In this document: positions 50,640-61,783 of the stretch, one piece after another
How the letters are laid out: each line of letters starts with the position of its first letter
Numbering within the stretch: position 1 is the first letter of the stretch
DNA from: Leidyana gryllorum EB-2025a
Taxonomy: Eukaryota > Protista > Apicomplexa
DNA: 64,000 nucleotides
Direction: 5' to 3'
Assembly: GCA_048772705.1 (NCBI GenBank)
Contig: JBLWGC010000186.1
Location: forward strand, 28,303 to 92,302
Position numbers and translations under genes: made by a program
Notes under the pieces: generated by a model
Told to the model about the DNA's origin: nothing
The model's input: only the letters and a program-made list of their open reading frames with translations
Database searches by the model: none

Positions 50640-51028
50640 AATCGAGTCGTGTGCGTCCCAAGCCTTCCATCATCATGGAAGGGGCTGTTGAGTTGTGAAG
50701 TTCTATTGAACACTATGAGAGACACGGGAAAGAGTGACTCCTCCAACAAGCCTTTGCACTCAGCACTCAGCACTGGACTACTACTCCTAATCGAAAGGTT
50801 CTGCTCTTCAGCTCAAGTGGTTGGGGGGATTTTTTGTCGACCACATTTGGTACTTTCTGCACTGATATCTCTCTTTCGGCCGCTGCCTCAGCGGCTTGGG
50901 TCCCCAGACACTTGGACCAGAGCAAAGATCGGTTACTCTCCCCCGCAAGGGGGCTGTTGCTCGGTTGGTTGGTTGGTTGCGTTTTGAGCGTCTATAGCTT
51001 AATTAGCGGACAAAATTGAGTTCGGAGC

Positions 51029-52084
51029 TCAGAACGCTGGCTGAGTCCCTTTCACGTCAATGACAAAGCGGAATTTGACATCACTATTTACGACCCTCTC
51101 ATAAGCGTTGGGGATATCCTCACATTTGATCATCTCAACAATGGGAAGGATCTGATGGTCGGCGCAGTACTGCAGCATGTCTTGAGTCTCTTTGCATCCT
51201 CCAATGGTGGATCCCATAATCCTTCGGCGACGACTAATGAGGCCAAAGCCATCGAGTTTCGGTTGATCATCGGTGGGTGGGAGGCCGACCAGCACCAGTG
51301 TGCCATCCACCTTGAGAAGGTTCAGATATTTTCCCATCGGTTTGTTGGCTGACACAGTGTCGATGATAAAGTCCAGAGACTGAGAGTGGGCTTTGTACTC
51401 CTCATCAGTGCAGATGAATCCTTTGGCTCCCAGTTCCAGCGCCAAGTCCTTTTTGTTCGGTGTGCGGGAGAGGGCAAAGACCTCATTGCCCATCTTGGCA
51501 GCAAATTGGACAGCCATGTGACCCAGTCCTCCGATACCGATGACACCGACCTTGAAGCCGCCTTGATTGATACCGGTGGCGACAATTGGGCTATACACAG
51601 TTATCCCTGCGCACAGCAGAGGTGCACTTCGGTCCATAGGGAGGTTCTCAGGTACAGAGAAGACAAAGCGCTGGTGGGCGACCACAAACTTGCCGTAGCC
51701 GCCAAAGGTAACTTTGCCGTCTTTGTCCAGACCGTTATAGGTGGGCGTTATGGTGCCGCAGTAATTCTCAAGATTCCTGTTGCAGGCATCGCAGGACTTG
51801 CACGAGTCAACCAAACAACCAATGGCAACACGGTCGCCTGTTTTATACTTTGTCACGTTCTCGCCCACCTTCACCACGTGTCCAGTAAACTCGTGGCCCG
51901 GGACACACGGGTAAATGGTGGGGCCCCATTCCGACCGGGCGGTGTGGATGTCTGAATGGCAAATGCCACAGTAAGCGACTTCAACCAAAACGTCGTCGCC
52001 AGTGGGGTCACGCAGCTCATACTTGATAGGAGCCATGCCGCTGTCGGCAGCAGTAGCGCCATAACCGATACTCTGGACGGGCAT
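51029..52084 (-). CDS. NADP-dependent zinc alcohol dehydrogenase, copy 2 (tandem paralog)
   Basis: Same motifs as copy 1; intronless. Confidence 0.95.
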   Translation of the reverse strand: MPVQSIGYGATAADSGMAPIKYELRDPTGDDVLVEVAYCGICHSDIHTARSEWGPTIYPCVPGHEFTGHVVKVGENVTKYKTGDRVAIGCLVDSCKSCDACNRNLENYCGTITPTYNGLDKDGKVTFGGYGKFVVAHQRFVFSVPENLPMDRSAPLLCAGITVYSPIVATGINQGGFKVGVIGIGGLGHMAVQFAAKMGNEVFALSRTPNKKDLALELGAKGFICTDEEYKAHSQSLDFIIDTVSANKPMGKYLNLLKVDGTLVLVGLPPTDDQPKLDGFGLISRRRRIMGSTIGGCKETQDMLQYCADHQILPIVEMIKCEDIPNAYERVVNSDVKFRFVIDVKGTQPAF

Positions 52085-52169
52085 TGTCAAAACTCAGGAC
52101 CACACACACGATCTCTCAGCGATAACTGTGGAGCGAACAGCGCACGGAATTTCCACCATGAAGCATCAG

Positions 52170-52208
52170 CCTGTCCCCACTTGGGACAGGGTGGGACTTC
52201 TCGTCCCA
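52170..52208. promoter_or_regulatory. Candidate TGGGAC cluster / palindrome upstream of ADH copy 2
   Basis: cctgtccc-cactt-gggacagg, then tgggac and gtccca. Confidence 0.35.
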
Positions 52209-52709
52209 TAATTGATGTGTGTTGACCCACAGCCCCCCAATTATGTGAACGATTTGATATTCACCGGCAGTCCTGCTGGGGGGGGGCGGTGCTCCCCCGG
52301 ACAAGAAGGACTACCAGTCTCGCTGTCCGCAATACAAGCATCCGTGCGTCAATTAAGAGTCGAAATGCTATCAGTCGTCAACGGGTGTCAAGTGATCGCC
52401 CTTCAAAATCACAGCTGACGGGGAGTACCGTAAACAACTCGTGAGATATAGGGATCATCGCCATGCAATCATCAGCCAACCTTTGACATTGTATGCCATA
52501 GCATGGGGAAGGGAACGAGAGATGGTTCCAACACCGGCCACATCTGATCATCTGGGCTACTGCACAGCTACGACTTCTGACAGCTAGAAGGCCATTGCCG
52601 TGCTGACTGAACTGAGAACTATGATTCACATGGCACTTACATTGAACACATCAAGTTCAACCAAATTCACTGTGACAGCAAAATGTAATCACATCACAAA
52701 GTGGGACAC

Positions 52710-52787
52710 TCAGCAACATCCTGGGCCTTTACGTCCTCCTGGGCCTCCTGGTCCGGGTCTTGGCATCGGCGGTCCTCGGGGCGGCAT
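52710..52787 (-). CDS. Candidate 25-aa micropeptide MPPRGPPMPRPGPGGPGGRKGPGCC
   Basis: aaagATG...tgt tgc TGA; a GC-rich island between AT-richer flanks; below the ORF-track length cutoff. Confidence 0.5.
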   Translation of the reverse strand: MPPRGPPMPRPGPGGPGGRKGPGCC

Positions 52788-53254
52788 CTTTCAACAAAAA
52801 GCAACGTAATTTCCAAACGATTGATAAATACAGTCAGACAAGTCTTGCAGTGAATCACCTATCTGTTTTTTGGCTATGCGAATCCGCACACCTATCCACT
52901 CACACAAAGCATGTCCCATTGAAGGTGAAGTATTCTGGTGATGAGACCTTTTTGGCCCAGGAACGGCTCTACTACGGGCCGGACCTCTATACACTCTGCC
53001 ACACCCGTTTTGGGTGATGATGGAGCGACAAACGTGTCTCCCGCACCGAACACCAAACTTACATGAGGGGAAGGCACACTGCTAAACATGTTGTCTGCAG
53101 CGTCAGAGTTGTGCTACTGGAGTGTGGCAGAACGTTAGTCACATGAGTCTCGCCCCGCCTCGTCGCTGGTCTTCCCAGATCGGGCGAAAGGTGATACATT
53201 GTGCGGAGTGTTCGTTCACAAATGTGTGTGCATGTATATCTGTCCATCACCCGG

Positions 53255-54480
53255 ATGTCAGTGTTGGGGGTTGTTTTTTCCTTAGTGCTGTGCCTATGGC
53301 ATGTAAGTGGGTTTACCACACGGTCTGGGAGAGATTGCGGTGACTTTGAGTTGGAACTCTTCTTTATCCAGGATGTCAATATCTGTTTGATGGCGACACT
53401 GGCAGCTGCTCCGAAGCTGTATAACGCGATCGCTGATGATCTGGTGGCCCACTTTGGTACGGAGAAATTGAAAATTGGTCTGGCAGAAATGGGTCCTAAA
53501 ACACTATCCGGATCGGATCCGAGCTTGAACACACCGGAGAGGAATTGCTGTTTCAATCCACGGATGACTCTTGGCACGGACATTGAGCAGTTCCGACGTG
53601 CAGGCGAGGCTGTAGATCATTTGTGTCGTTTTGATGCCATGGGAGATCAAGCGTACGACCCGCTACTTTACGCCTCGTTGACGGGTGCCCACTTCACTCC
53701 TTGGGATCCGGCAAATCCGGATCGGATTGTTCGGTTGGTGGTCCTGTGGGTTGACTTTTACGGTTTCACTAACGATCGCGTGGATGGTCGAGATGCCAAT
53801 CCGAACATTGCTGATGGGATCATTTGCGAGAAGGGGGCGGGATTCCCGTCTTTCGAGCAAATTGCTGAAGTTCTCGAACAGACTAACGTGAATGTGATGG
53901 TATTCGTCGAGGGTCAAGCGAGCACTGACCACATCCCCGGCGTCTGGGAAGATCACTTTAAGAAGATGGGAATCTCCGATCGACTCTCCACCACCCTTTA
54001 TAACCTCAATGGAGACGGCTCGGTCGATGTGTCTTCTACTGTACAGCTACTGATCAACAAGCTGGAAGAAGACAGTTGTGACATCATCGACAAACTGCCT
54101 ACCGTTCCACCAGGAAGCACTGAACTCACCACCACGACGACAATTGGGGCTGGAAACAGCGGAACCACTCACACAATCGCCACCGGAACCACCGGAGGCG
54201 CCACTGGCGGAGTGACAGGTACGACGATTCACATAATTTCGCCCATAACACACTCTTAGCTCCCACAGATCACAACAGAAATAAGGATACGGCTGTGATT
54301 GCCGGAGCAGTGGCAGGAGCAGCCGCTTTGGTGGCAGTCGCAGGGGCTGCTGCCATGATGCGTCAGCCCACCCCCAGCCCGTTGGAAGGCGGCTTCGATG
54401 CTGAAGTCGAAGCTGACCAGGTCGAGACTCAACGTGAGATGGGAGGACTCAATACAGAAGAAGACTACGGCGGGAATTGA
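53255..54480 (+). CDS. Secreted type I membrane protein with integrin-beta/vWA-like domain (TRAP-like architecture), 2 exons
   Basis: Signal peptide; C..ELFFIQD, IGLAE..K, RLVVLW.D, FPS..QIAEVL; Thr/Gly stalk; a gtacga..tcttag intron; TM IAGAVAGAAALVAVAGAAAM; acidic tail ending EEDYGGN. Confidence 0.7.
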
Positions 54481-54779
54481 TCTGGAAATAGAACGCCTTT
54501 GGTTCTAATCTTCGATTGCATGCTTACGTCTTTCATCTTCTCGCCCAAACGGCTCAGAAATGCTGATTCCTAGCAGTAGACCACCAGGCCAGCGGGACGC
54601 TTCTAAGAAGGAGACGCCACATGGCTCTCAGGGAAGAGCAGCATTCACGAGGATCGTAAATATGAGTTGAATAATCAGCCAACCAAAACCCACGCCTATA
54701 CAACCGACGAGACCACTCACACTGGACGGATATTGACGAGACACAGGAGGACGACACCTATCAGAATCTGGTAGACCCA

Positions 54780-55770
54780 CCGTGGGGACAGAGTGCGTCC
54801 GGCCGAAGGTCTCTCCGCAGAGCAGATCGTTCTGCCTACACCTCTGCTCCGCCTCGATGTCATCCACAACTCGACTCATCACAAATCATCTGCACGGAGT
54901 GACCACCGCTTTTCTACTCCTATGCCATCTGCGATGGGATTGGCGAGGAGACGCGAGTGCTGACACACAGAGGGTATCCACCAATCAAAGAGGGACGGTC
55001 ACGGCTGATGCGTGGGAAGTAATCAAAGTAGTTCTCAGATTTCCAGCCGAGTGGGCAGTAGTGTCATCGGGAAGGCCCTCCGACAATACACTTTCGACCG
55101 ATGCCGCCAGATGGGTCGGTGGCGACTTCCACCGTATCAGACAGCAGTTCGCCCAATATGTCACTTTCGTCTTTGATGACTCTCTTTTAGCGCTGAAGAC
55201 GACTGAATTAACTCAAAGGGTTTGGCATACTCAGACCACTGTCCAACTTGAAGATCACTTTCCAAATGACACTATTCACCCCCCCCCCCCCCCGCACGAA
55301 TCACAATCTAACGTCGGACCAGAGGTCCTCAACAAAGTCGATGCGTCAAAGAGAACGCCTCACTGCACCTTCTAGTAAAAGGCGAGATGGTGATAAGCTC
55401 TGAGGCACCCTGCACACGAATTTTGGGGCCACCAGCCGCCGGGAGACCGCGTGTGCATTGGACGGAACGGATGGGTAATCGCCAATGTCGACCCAATCAG
55501 CGATCTGAACCGATGTCGGTTGATCGCTGATCGGTGTTGGACTAACAGTCGCCTGGTGGGATAACTTCCCACTGTGACCCGGTTGGGAGGCAATGCTCAG
55601 ACACACTGAAACAGATCCACAGGTCCCTCGGGCTGGGCTGGAGACTCTGGACGGTGCTCACCGGAAGGTGTGTACAGTCGAGAGACACCCGTGTGGTCAC
55701 ACCAGGCTGGAAACAGAGCGGGTCAGCCGCACACTTCGGACAGAGGGGGGGAGAACCAGTTGGGACTGCT
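54780..55770 (+). pseudogene. Possible degenerate LTR-retrotransposon (Ty3/gypsy-like) integrase relic
   Basis: Frameshifted fragments QIVLPTPLLRLDVIH..H / HLHGVTT...WDWRG..D, GTVTADAWEVI, TDAARWV, HP...TERVSRTLR resemble integrase H2C2/rve motifs. No LTR, RT or intact DDE triad seen. Confidence 0.3.
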
Positions 55771-57188
55771 TTTTGTATCATTGGGCAGTCAAGCCCGGAC
55801 CGCGCCTAATAGATCTGACTTTGTTTTTGCGGCTAGCTACCCCCTTATTCCAATGGTCATGCCTCAGTTAGGCAAATCAGCAATATTTTTACATAGTTAT
55901 TATTCCTAGATTATTCGAGCGGAGAGACAGATTAGACACACACGTGTGCTTACATTTCTTTTTATTATTCCGTGGACTGAACTAGAAACATGAACAACAC
56001 TCCTAACGATTCTGAAATGCGCTCAATACTGGATGGATCAAAAACAGACCCTGCGATAGGCTTAGTAGGATCCCAACCTGGATCAAGAAATTCAACAGAC
56101 TCGCAGTTCGTCGACTTTCATGCGGGTGGGTGTCGGTCGAGGGGGAGACGAGACGGGACTGATATCTTCAATGAAACTTCGAATAAAACTCAACTTACCT
56201 GCGGGTTGCGGTGTCTGGCTCAAGAAGCGATGCGCAGGGGGAGGAGCAACCACTGCACCCTGGTGAATGTAAGTCCCCCGGAAGGGTCACACACAGTGTG
56301 ATTCTCCCACCTGAGACTTTCTGAGAGGGCGGACGAGGCTCGACTCGACGCCGACCGATGTGTGGTGAAGAGGCGTTGTTGATCTCCCGAAACGAGTCTC
56401 AACTGGCGAGAGACGCAGGTGAGTGCTGAGCTTTCTGGGAAGCGGCATTGGGAGAGTGAAGGATCGACTTTTTGTTGGTCACTTTCGGCACTTCAAATTT
56501 CGCTGGTAATGGGTGGGGAATCTTTTTCTCATGGAGACATATCTGTTCGACGTCTTATTGGGTCAAGAATGGTCGATCTGATACAATTAGGGCGCCTCCC
56601 TCATGGAATCTTCGCCTCCCAAATCCTCGCCTTTTTCACCCTTGTGGAGGTGTTGTCCTTCGCCAATATATCCTGGAAGACAGCTGTGTGCTGGAGAGGG
56701 GACTTGGGTCAGCGCGCTCGTCAACCAATATGACTTGGGATATGCGAGCGGTATATCGCATATTGCCTCAATTCAAGACCCTCCCTCACTTTGGCAGCCC
56801 ACCCCATGACGCCGAGAACTTACTATTTTTTAATTCGCAATAAGTGGGTCCCGCCGGAACAATGAGGGCTCTATACTTTCCTGATGGCGGCATTATGTAG
56901 AAGTCTCAATTGTGTACTCAACGTGCGTCTTTACATTCCATTGTGTTCGCTGCCCCTAATCATATAGTCTACCCTGTGTCTTCATTGTACACGACTATCT
57001 TTGCAGTCGTTCCAGTCGAATCTATCTAATTCAGTACTCCGGGGCGATTCTCCAATTGTCCAACACAGCGGAGCTGTACCTCCTCTTGAAGACATACCTT
57101 TCCCTCATCCAAATCCTTCCGCATGAGTCAGATTCAGCCTCAAGCGCGGCCGCAATGATCACTATCGGTGAATTACAGTTTCTCATCG

Positions 57189-57930
57189 TCACTCCTCCTG
57201 ATTGCCATTTTCTGGATGCCGTGGGGCGTCTGTTGCAGGTGAAGCCGTCACTTCAGGTGACGCCGAGACTGTCCTCCCCACCATCGGACCCGCAGGCTCC
57301 GCCTCACGCATTCTTCGAGTGCAACTCTCCAACTCCCTTCTCAATTCAGCCATCGCTCCGGGCAGATTTCGCAGCTCAGCCACGATGTCGCGGATGTCTC
57401 GAACGGCAGTTACCAGCTCATGAACAGGTTCCGCGAGCGCCCCTTCTGCTCGACCAGTGTGAGGGTTCGCCGCCCCCGGAGGAGTTGGACCATTAGTCGA
57501 GATCTCAAGAATAGTCCGAAACTCAGCGATCAGCTCGCCACGAAGTCGCTCCCGATGCCCGGCTTCCAGAAAAGGTTGGAGCGCCTCGCGCAGCGCTTCC
57601 ACCATCCTCTGCTTCTCGTCAAGCGGAGGGCCACAGCGCTTCAGACACCCGCTCCGTCTCGATTTATTGACCCAGAATGTGATCAAGAGGGATACGCTGC
57701 GAATGATAATTCAAAGAGACCCACGATGCACCTTACAAGCGACTCAATATCAGATTCAAAAGTAGGAACAGAATTTCGTACAGCTTCGAGATTATGACTC
57801 CCCCCGGATATGCGCCCCTCACTTGGGGCAAGTTGGGCGGCCAAATTACGTAGCAGATGAACACCAGTGCAAGTAAGGAAACAGTGATCACTGTCCCCAC
57901 CACTGAGGTACACAATCCACCGAAGTTCAT
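57189..57930 (-). CDS. Small membrane protein (2 hydrophobic segments + coiled coil), copy 1
   Basis: Intron 57697-57736 (gtaagg..tcgcag) joins MNFGGLCTSVVGTVITVSLLALVFICYVIW...LSR to FVSLLITFWVNK... in frame. Confidence 0.55.
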
Positions 57931-58108
57931 TGGTTCAATTAGTCTAAATCACTGTTTTGCAGATTTGCAATGGATACGGCGCAGCGCGTGTCTCCCTCGT
58001 GCCCTATCAGGATCTGAATGAACCACGACTGTGTGTGGGGGATATCAATAGAACACGCAGCGTTCACCGCAAAGTTCTGTCCGAGAATCATTGGGCTGAA
58101 GATATTCT

Positions 58109-60090
58109 CTATGGAGTTCCGGACTCTTCCCTCTCATCGTGGGGGAAGACTTCTCGATGTATACTGAGGGGACAGACAGCCGGCAACGTCACAGGAACAT
58201 CCAAATACTCCAACTCTTTGAACCGCTGACTCAACAGCATCCGACCGAGCCACCAATCGCGGTCAAGAATCGTGGCGATCTCGTCGAACAGTCCGCCAAC
58301 AGCAATCTGAGCCTCCCGTGGTGTCGCTTCCAACATTTCAGAGTACCACTGACTAATGATTGACTGTGGAACGCTGTAGGAGAAAGTGGTTAAGTGAGTC
58401 TTTGACTCCGCGTGAACAATCTGTTCTCGCAGGCGTGCCCACGCGTCCGGGTGGTCAGCGGATTGAGCTCTCAGATACGGACCACTTTCTTCAGCGGAAC
58501 AACCGACGAATTTCAGCACGGCCTGGAGAGTGGCATCAGTATACATCCCGGATACGAGTTCCAATTGGACTTTAGGCCACGGATAGTGCAAAAGCGCCGC
58601 AGCTTGGAGACCAAATCGGATACGCATACCTTTTCGCTGCCAAATAGAATGGCCGACCAGAAACCAATCCATCAACTTCGTGATCTTCAAAGGGATTCCG
58701 GTGACCCCGATATATTGGATTTGACACTCTTCAATCAATCGTCGCATTTCTTCCGGCGAGTCCTCCCGTTCGGTATGAAGGCATAACACGCGAACACAAT
58801 CGGGAGGGCAACAAAGACGATTCTTCTCAGACAACGCGGCATAGATCGCCCACCCCTGTAGAGGCAGCTCGATGCGCTTTAGATTTGGGAAGGGTAAAGC
58901 TTCAATTGAATCTTCCGTCAACGTCGGCTGAGAAGACTCGTTGACATACAGAAGCCGTGTCACCTCGGACAAATTGAATGGATACTGGGTGTCGGTGGCA
59001 CTCAAATAGGCGGTGCGATCACTCTGCCGCCCCGTGTATGTGGGAGGGTACACAGCAGGAGGTTCGGTCAGTGGCAGCGCCCTCCACCTGAGAGGAAGTG
59101 ACTCCAAATCCCGAGTTTCGGCCAAACGGAACCATCCCAAGCTCGAACGAACGCGCGACAGAACAACACCATTTCCTCGAGTCTCGTTGACAATTCTCTG
59201 AGCGCGTAAAGAGATCCAAAATTGTGCCCGACGTAGTATGCTACGACACGGCTGATGCATATGGCGTTCTCGATCGGTCCACTCTCTGATGAGGTATTCC
59301 AAGAGCTTCTGCGACCCTCTGAGCTGATTTTAAGTGAAGCCCTTCAGTACACTCACCTCGGGCACTTCGGCCACGTGCGTGTCCTTTCGTTGTGTAGTTC
59401 CAGTTGGTCAATTGTCCAATTTCGCGCCTCCGGCAAGTATTCCACCAGGAAACGAGACGTTCTCCACCCCTCGTCCACCACTGAAACTGGGATGTCTTCA
59501 CTCCTGAGACACCAATAATTGAATCTGGGCTTCGTCACCGCTACGATCCGTTCATTGGGGCCGTCCCCCAGAATCACACGCAGCGCAACCGCCAAATCGT
59601 GTTGAATGAAAGGAAGCTGGTTCCGGTGGACAGCTAGACACTCCAACATGGGAGCATCGATATGCAGCGACCCTTCTGACAAGTCGCACCTTGTTATGTC
59701 CAAAGACTTCAAGTTGGGGAAACTAAAAGTGTAACTCTGCCACGACCCCCCCCTTGGAAAGGTTGCGGCTATATCTGCCTCTTTGAGCTTTGGAATGCCC
59801 CATTCGCAAATCTTTTGCAATAGATCCGTGACCATCAGCTTAGGATCTTTATATCCATGCCAACGGAGCATTTCCAAGTGGGGGCACGATCGGCGAAGCC
59901 ATGCTTCAAACCAAGAGGCGCGTTGCACCCAGGCCCACTGTGAGCTTGAGAGACTAACCTGCCGCGCAATCAAGAGAGACGTTTCCGAATGAAGTATGTT
60001 GTGTATCTGTTTGGACAGTCCGGCCATTCTTGTCAACTCCCATGGGGGTAGGAACTCCAGAATTTGGGTCCAAAAGTGGTCGCTTAGCAT
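58109..60090 (-). CDS. F-box/LRR-like protein, copy 1
   Basis: N-terminal MLSDHFWTQILEFLPPWELTRMAGLSKQ (F-box-like); CPHLEML, IPKLKEA, FPNLKSLDI, FPNLKRIEL LRR-like units; a 38-nt intron 59319-59356 joins the 258-aa and 397-aa ORFs. Confidence 0.55.
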
Positions 60091-60866
60091 TCGTCTGCAC
60101 CAGAGATCGAAGAAGTTGTCTGCACACACTCGTGTGCTGACTGTAGAAAGTTGCCGTGCAACATCGTGCGGTCGTGCCGTTCAGCTTTCCGATGTAATAT
60201 TGTAGTCTGGAGACAACTGGAAGCATTGTGTTACATGTCTCGCTCTCCACGATCTACGTCAAGTTCGTCGTAACGAATGTTCGGCAAAGCGCGCAAGACG
60301 TTCTCCTGACGGGACGGTGTACACCGATCTTCCAGCACGAACAAAAACTTACAGCTGTGTGCTGGAGAGGGGACTTGGGTCAGCGCGCTCGTCAACCAAT
60401 ATGACTTGGGATATGCGAGCGGTATATCGCCATTCGCCTCAATTCAAGACCCTCCCTACCTTTGGCAGCCCACCCCATGACGCCGAGAACTTACTATTTT
60501 TTAATTCGCAATAAGTGGGTCCCGCCAGAACAAAGAGGGCTCCATACTTTCCTGATGGCGGCACTATGTAGAAGTCTCAATTGTGTACTCAACGTGCGTC
60601 TTTACATTCCATTGTGTTCGCTGCCCCTAATCATATAGTCTACCCTGTGTCTTCATTGTACACGACTATCTTTGCAGTCGTTCCACTCGAATCTATCTAA
60701 TTCAGTACTCCCGGGGCGAATCTCCAATTGTCCAACACAGCGGAGCTGTACCTCCTCTTGAAGACATACCTTTCCCTCAAACCACATCCTTCTGCGTGAG
60801 TCAGATTCAGCCTCAAGCGCGGGCGCAATGATCACTGTCGGTTCGGTGAATTACAGTTTCTCATCG

Positions 60867-61605
60867 TCACTCCTCCAGATTGCCAGTTTCTGGAAGCCGT
60901 GGGGCGTTTGTTGCAGGTGAAGCGGTCACTTCAGGTGACGCCGAGACTGTCCTCCCCGCCATCGAACCCGCAGGCTCCTCCTCACGTACTCTTCGAGTGC
61001 AACTCTCCAACTCCCTTCTCAATTCAGCCATCGCTCCGGGCAGATTTCGCAGCTCAGCCACGATGTCGCGGATGTCTCGAACGGCAGTTACCAGCTCATG
61101 AACAGGTTCCGCGAGCGCCCCTTCTGCTCGATCAGTGTGAGGGGTCGCCACCCCCGGAGGAGTTGGACCATTAGTCGAGACCTCACGAATAGTCCGAAAC
61201 TCAGCGATCAGCTCACGAAGTCGCTCCCTATGCCCGGTTTCCAGAAAAGGTTGGAGCGCCTCGCGCAGCGCTTCCACCATCCTCTGCTTCTCGTCAAGCG
61301 GAGGGCCAAAGCGCTTCAGACACCCGCTCCGTCTCGATTTATTGACCCACAATGTGATCAAGAGGGATACGCTGCGAATGATAATTCAAAGAGACCCACG
61401 ATGCATCTTACAAGCGACTCAATATCAGATTCAAAAGTAGGAACAGAATTTCGTACAGCTTCGAGATTATGACTCCCCCCGGATATGCGCCCCTCACTTG
61501 GGGCAAGTTGGGCGGCCAAATTACGTAGCAGATGAACACCAGTGCAAGTAAGGAAACAGTGATCACTGTCCCCACCACTGAGGTACACAATCCACCAAAG
61601 TTCAT
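60867..61605 (-). CDS. Small membrane protein, copy 2
   Basis: Same exon structure as copy 1; first-exon peptide identical. Confidence 0.55.
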
Positions 61606-61783
61606 TGGTTCAATTAGTCTAAATCACTGTTTTGCAGATTTGCAATGGATACAGCGCAGCGCGTGTCTTTCTCGTGCCCTATCGGGATCTGAATGAACCA
61701 CGACTGTGTGTGGGGGATATCAATAGAACACGCAGCGTTCACCGCAAAGTTCTGTCCGAGAATCGTTGGGCTGAAAATATTCT

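Larger units (their letters stand above)
56680..60303. repeat. Tandem segmental repeat, unit 1 (~3.67 kb)
   Basis: Starts acagctgtgtgctggagagggg and ends aagcgcgcaagacgttc; near-identical to 60351-63980. Confidence 0.95.

Noticed and set aside
49451-51955. Plus-strand 317-aa and 189-aa ORFs
   Set aside because: Antisense mirror frames of the ADH genes.
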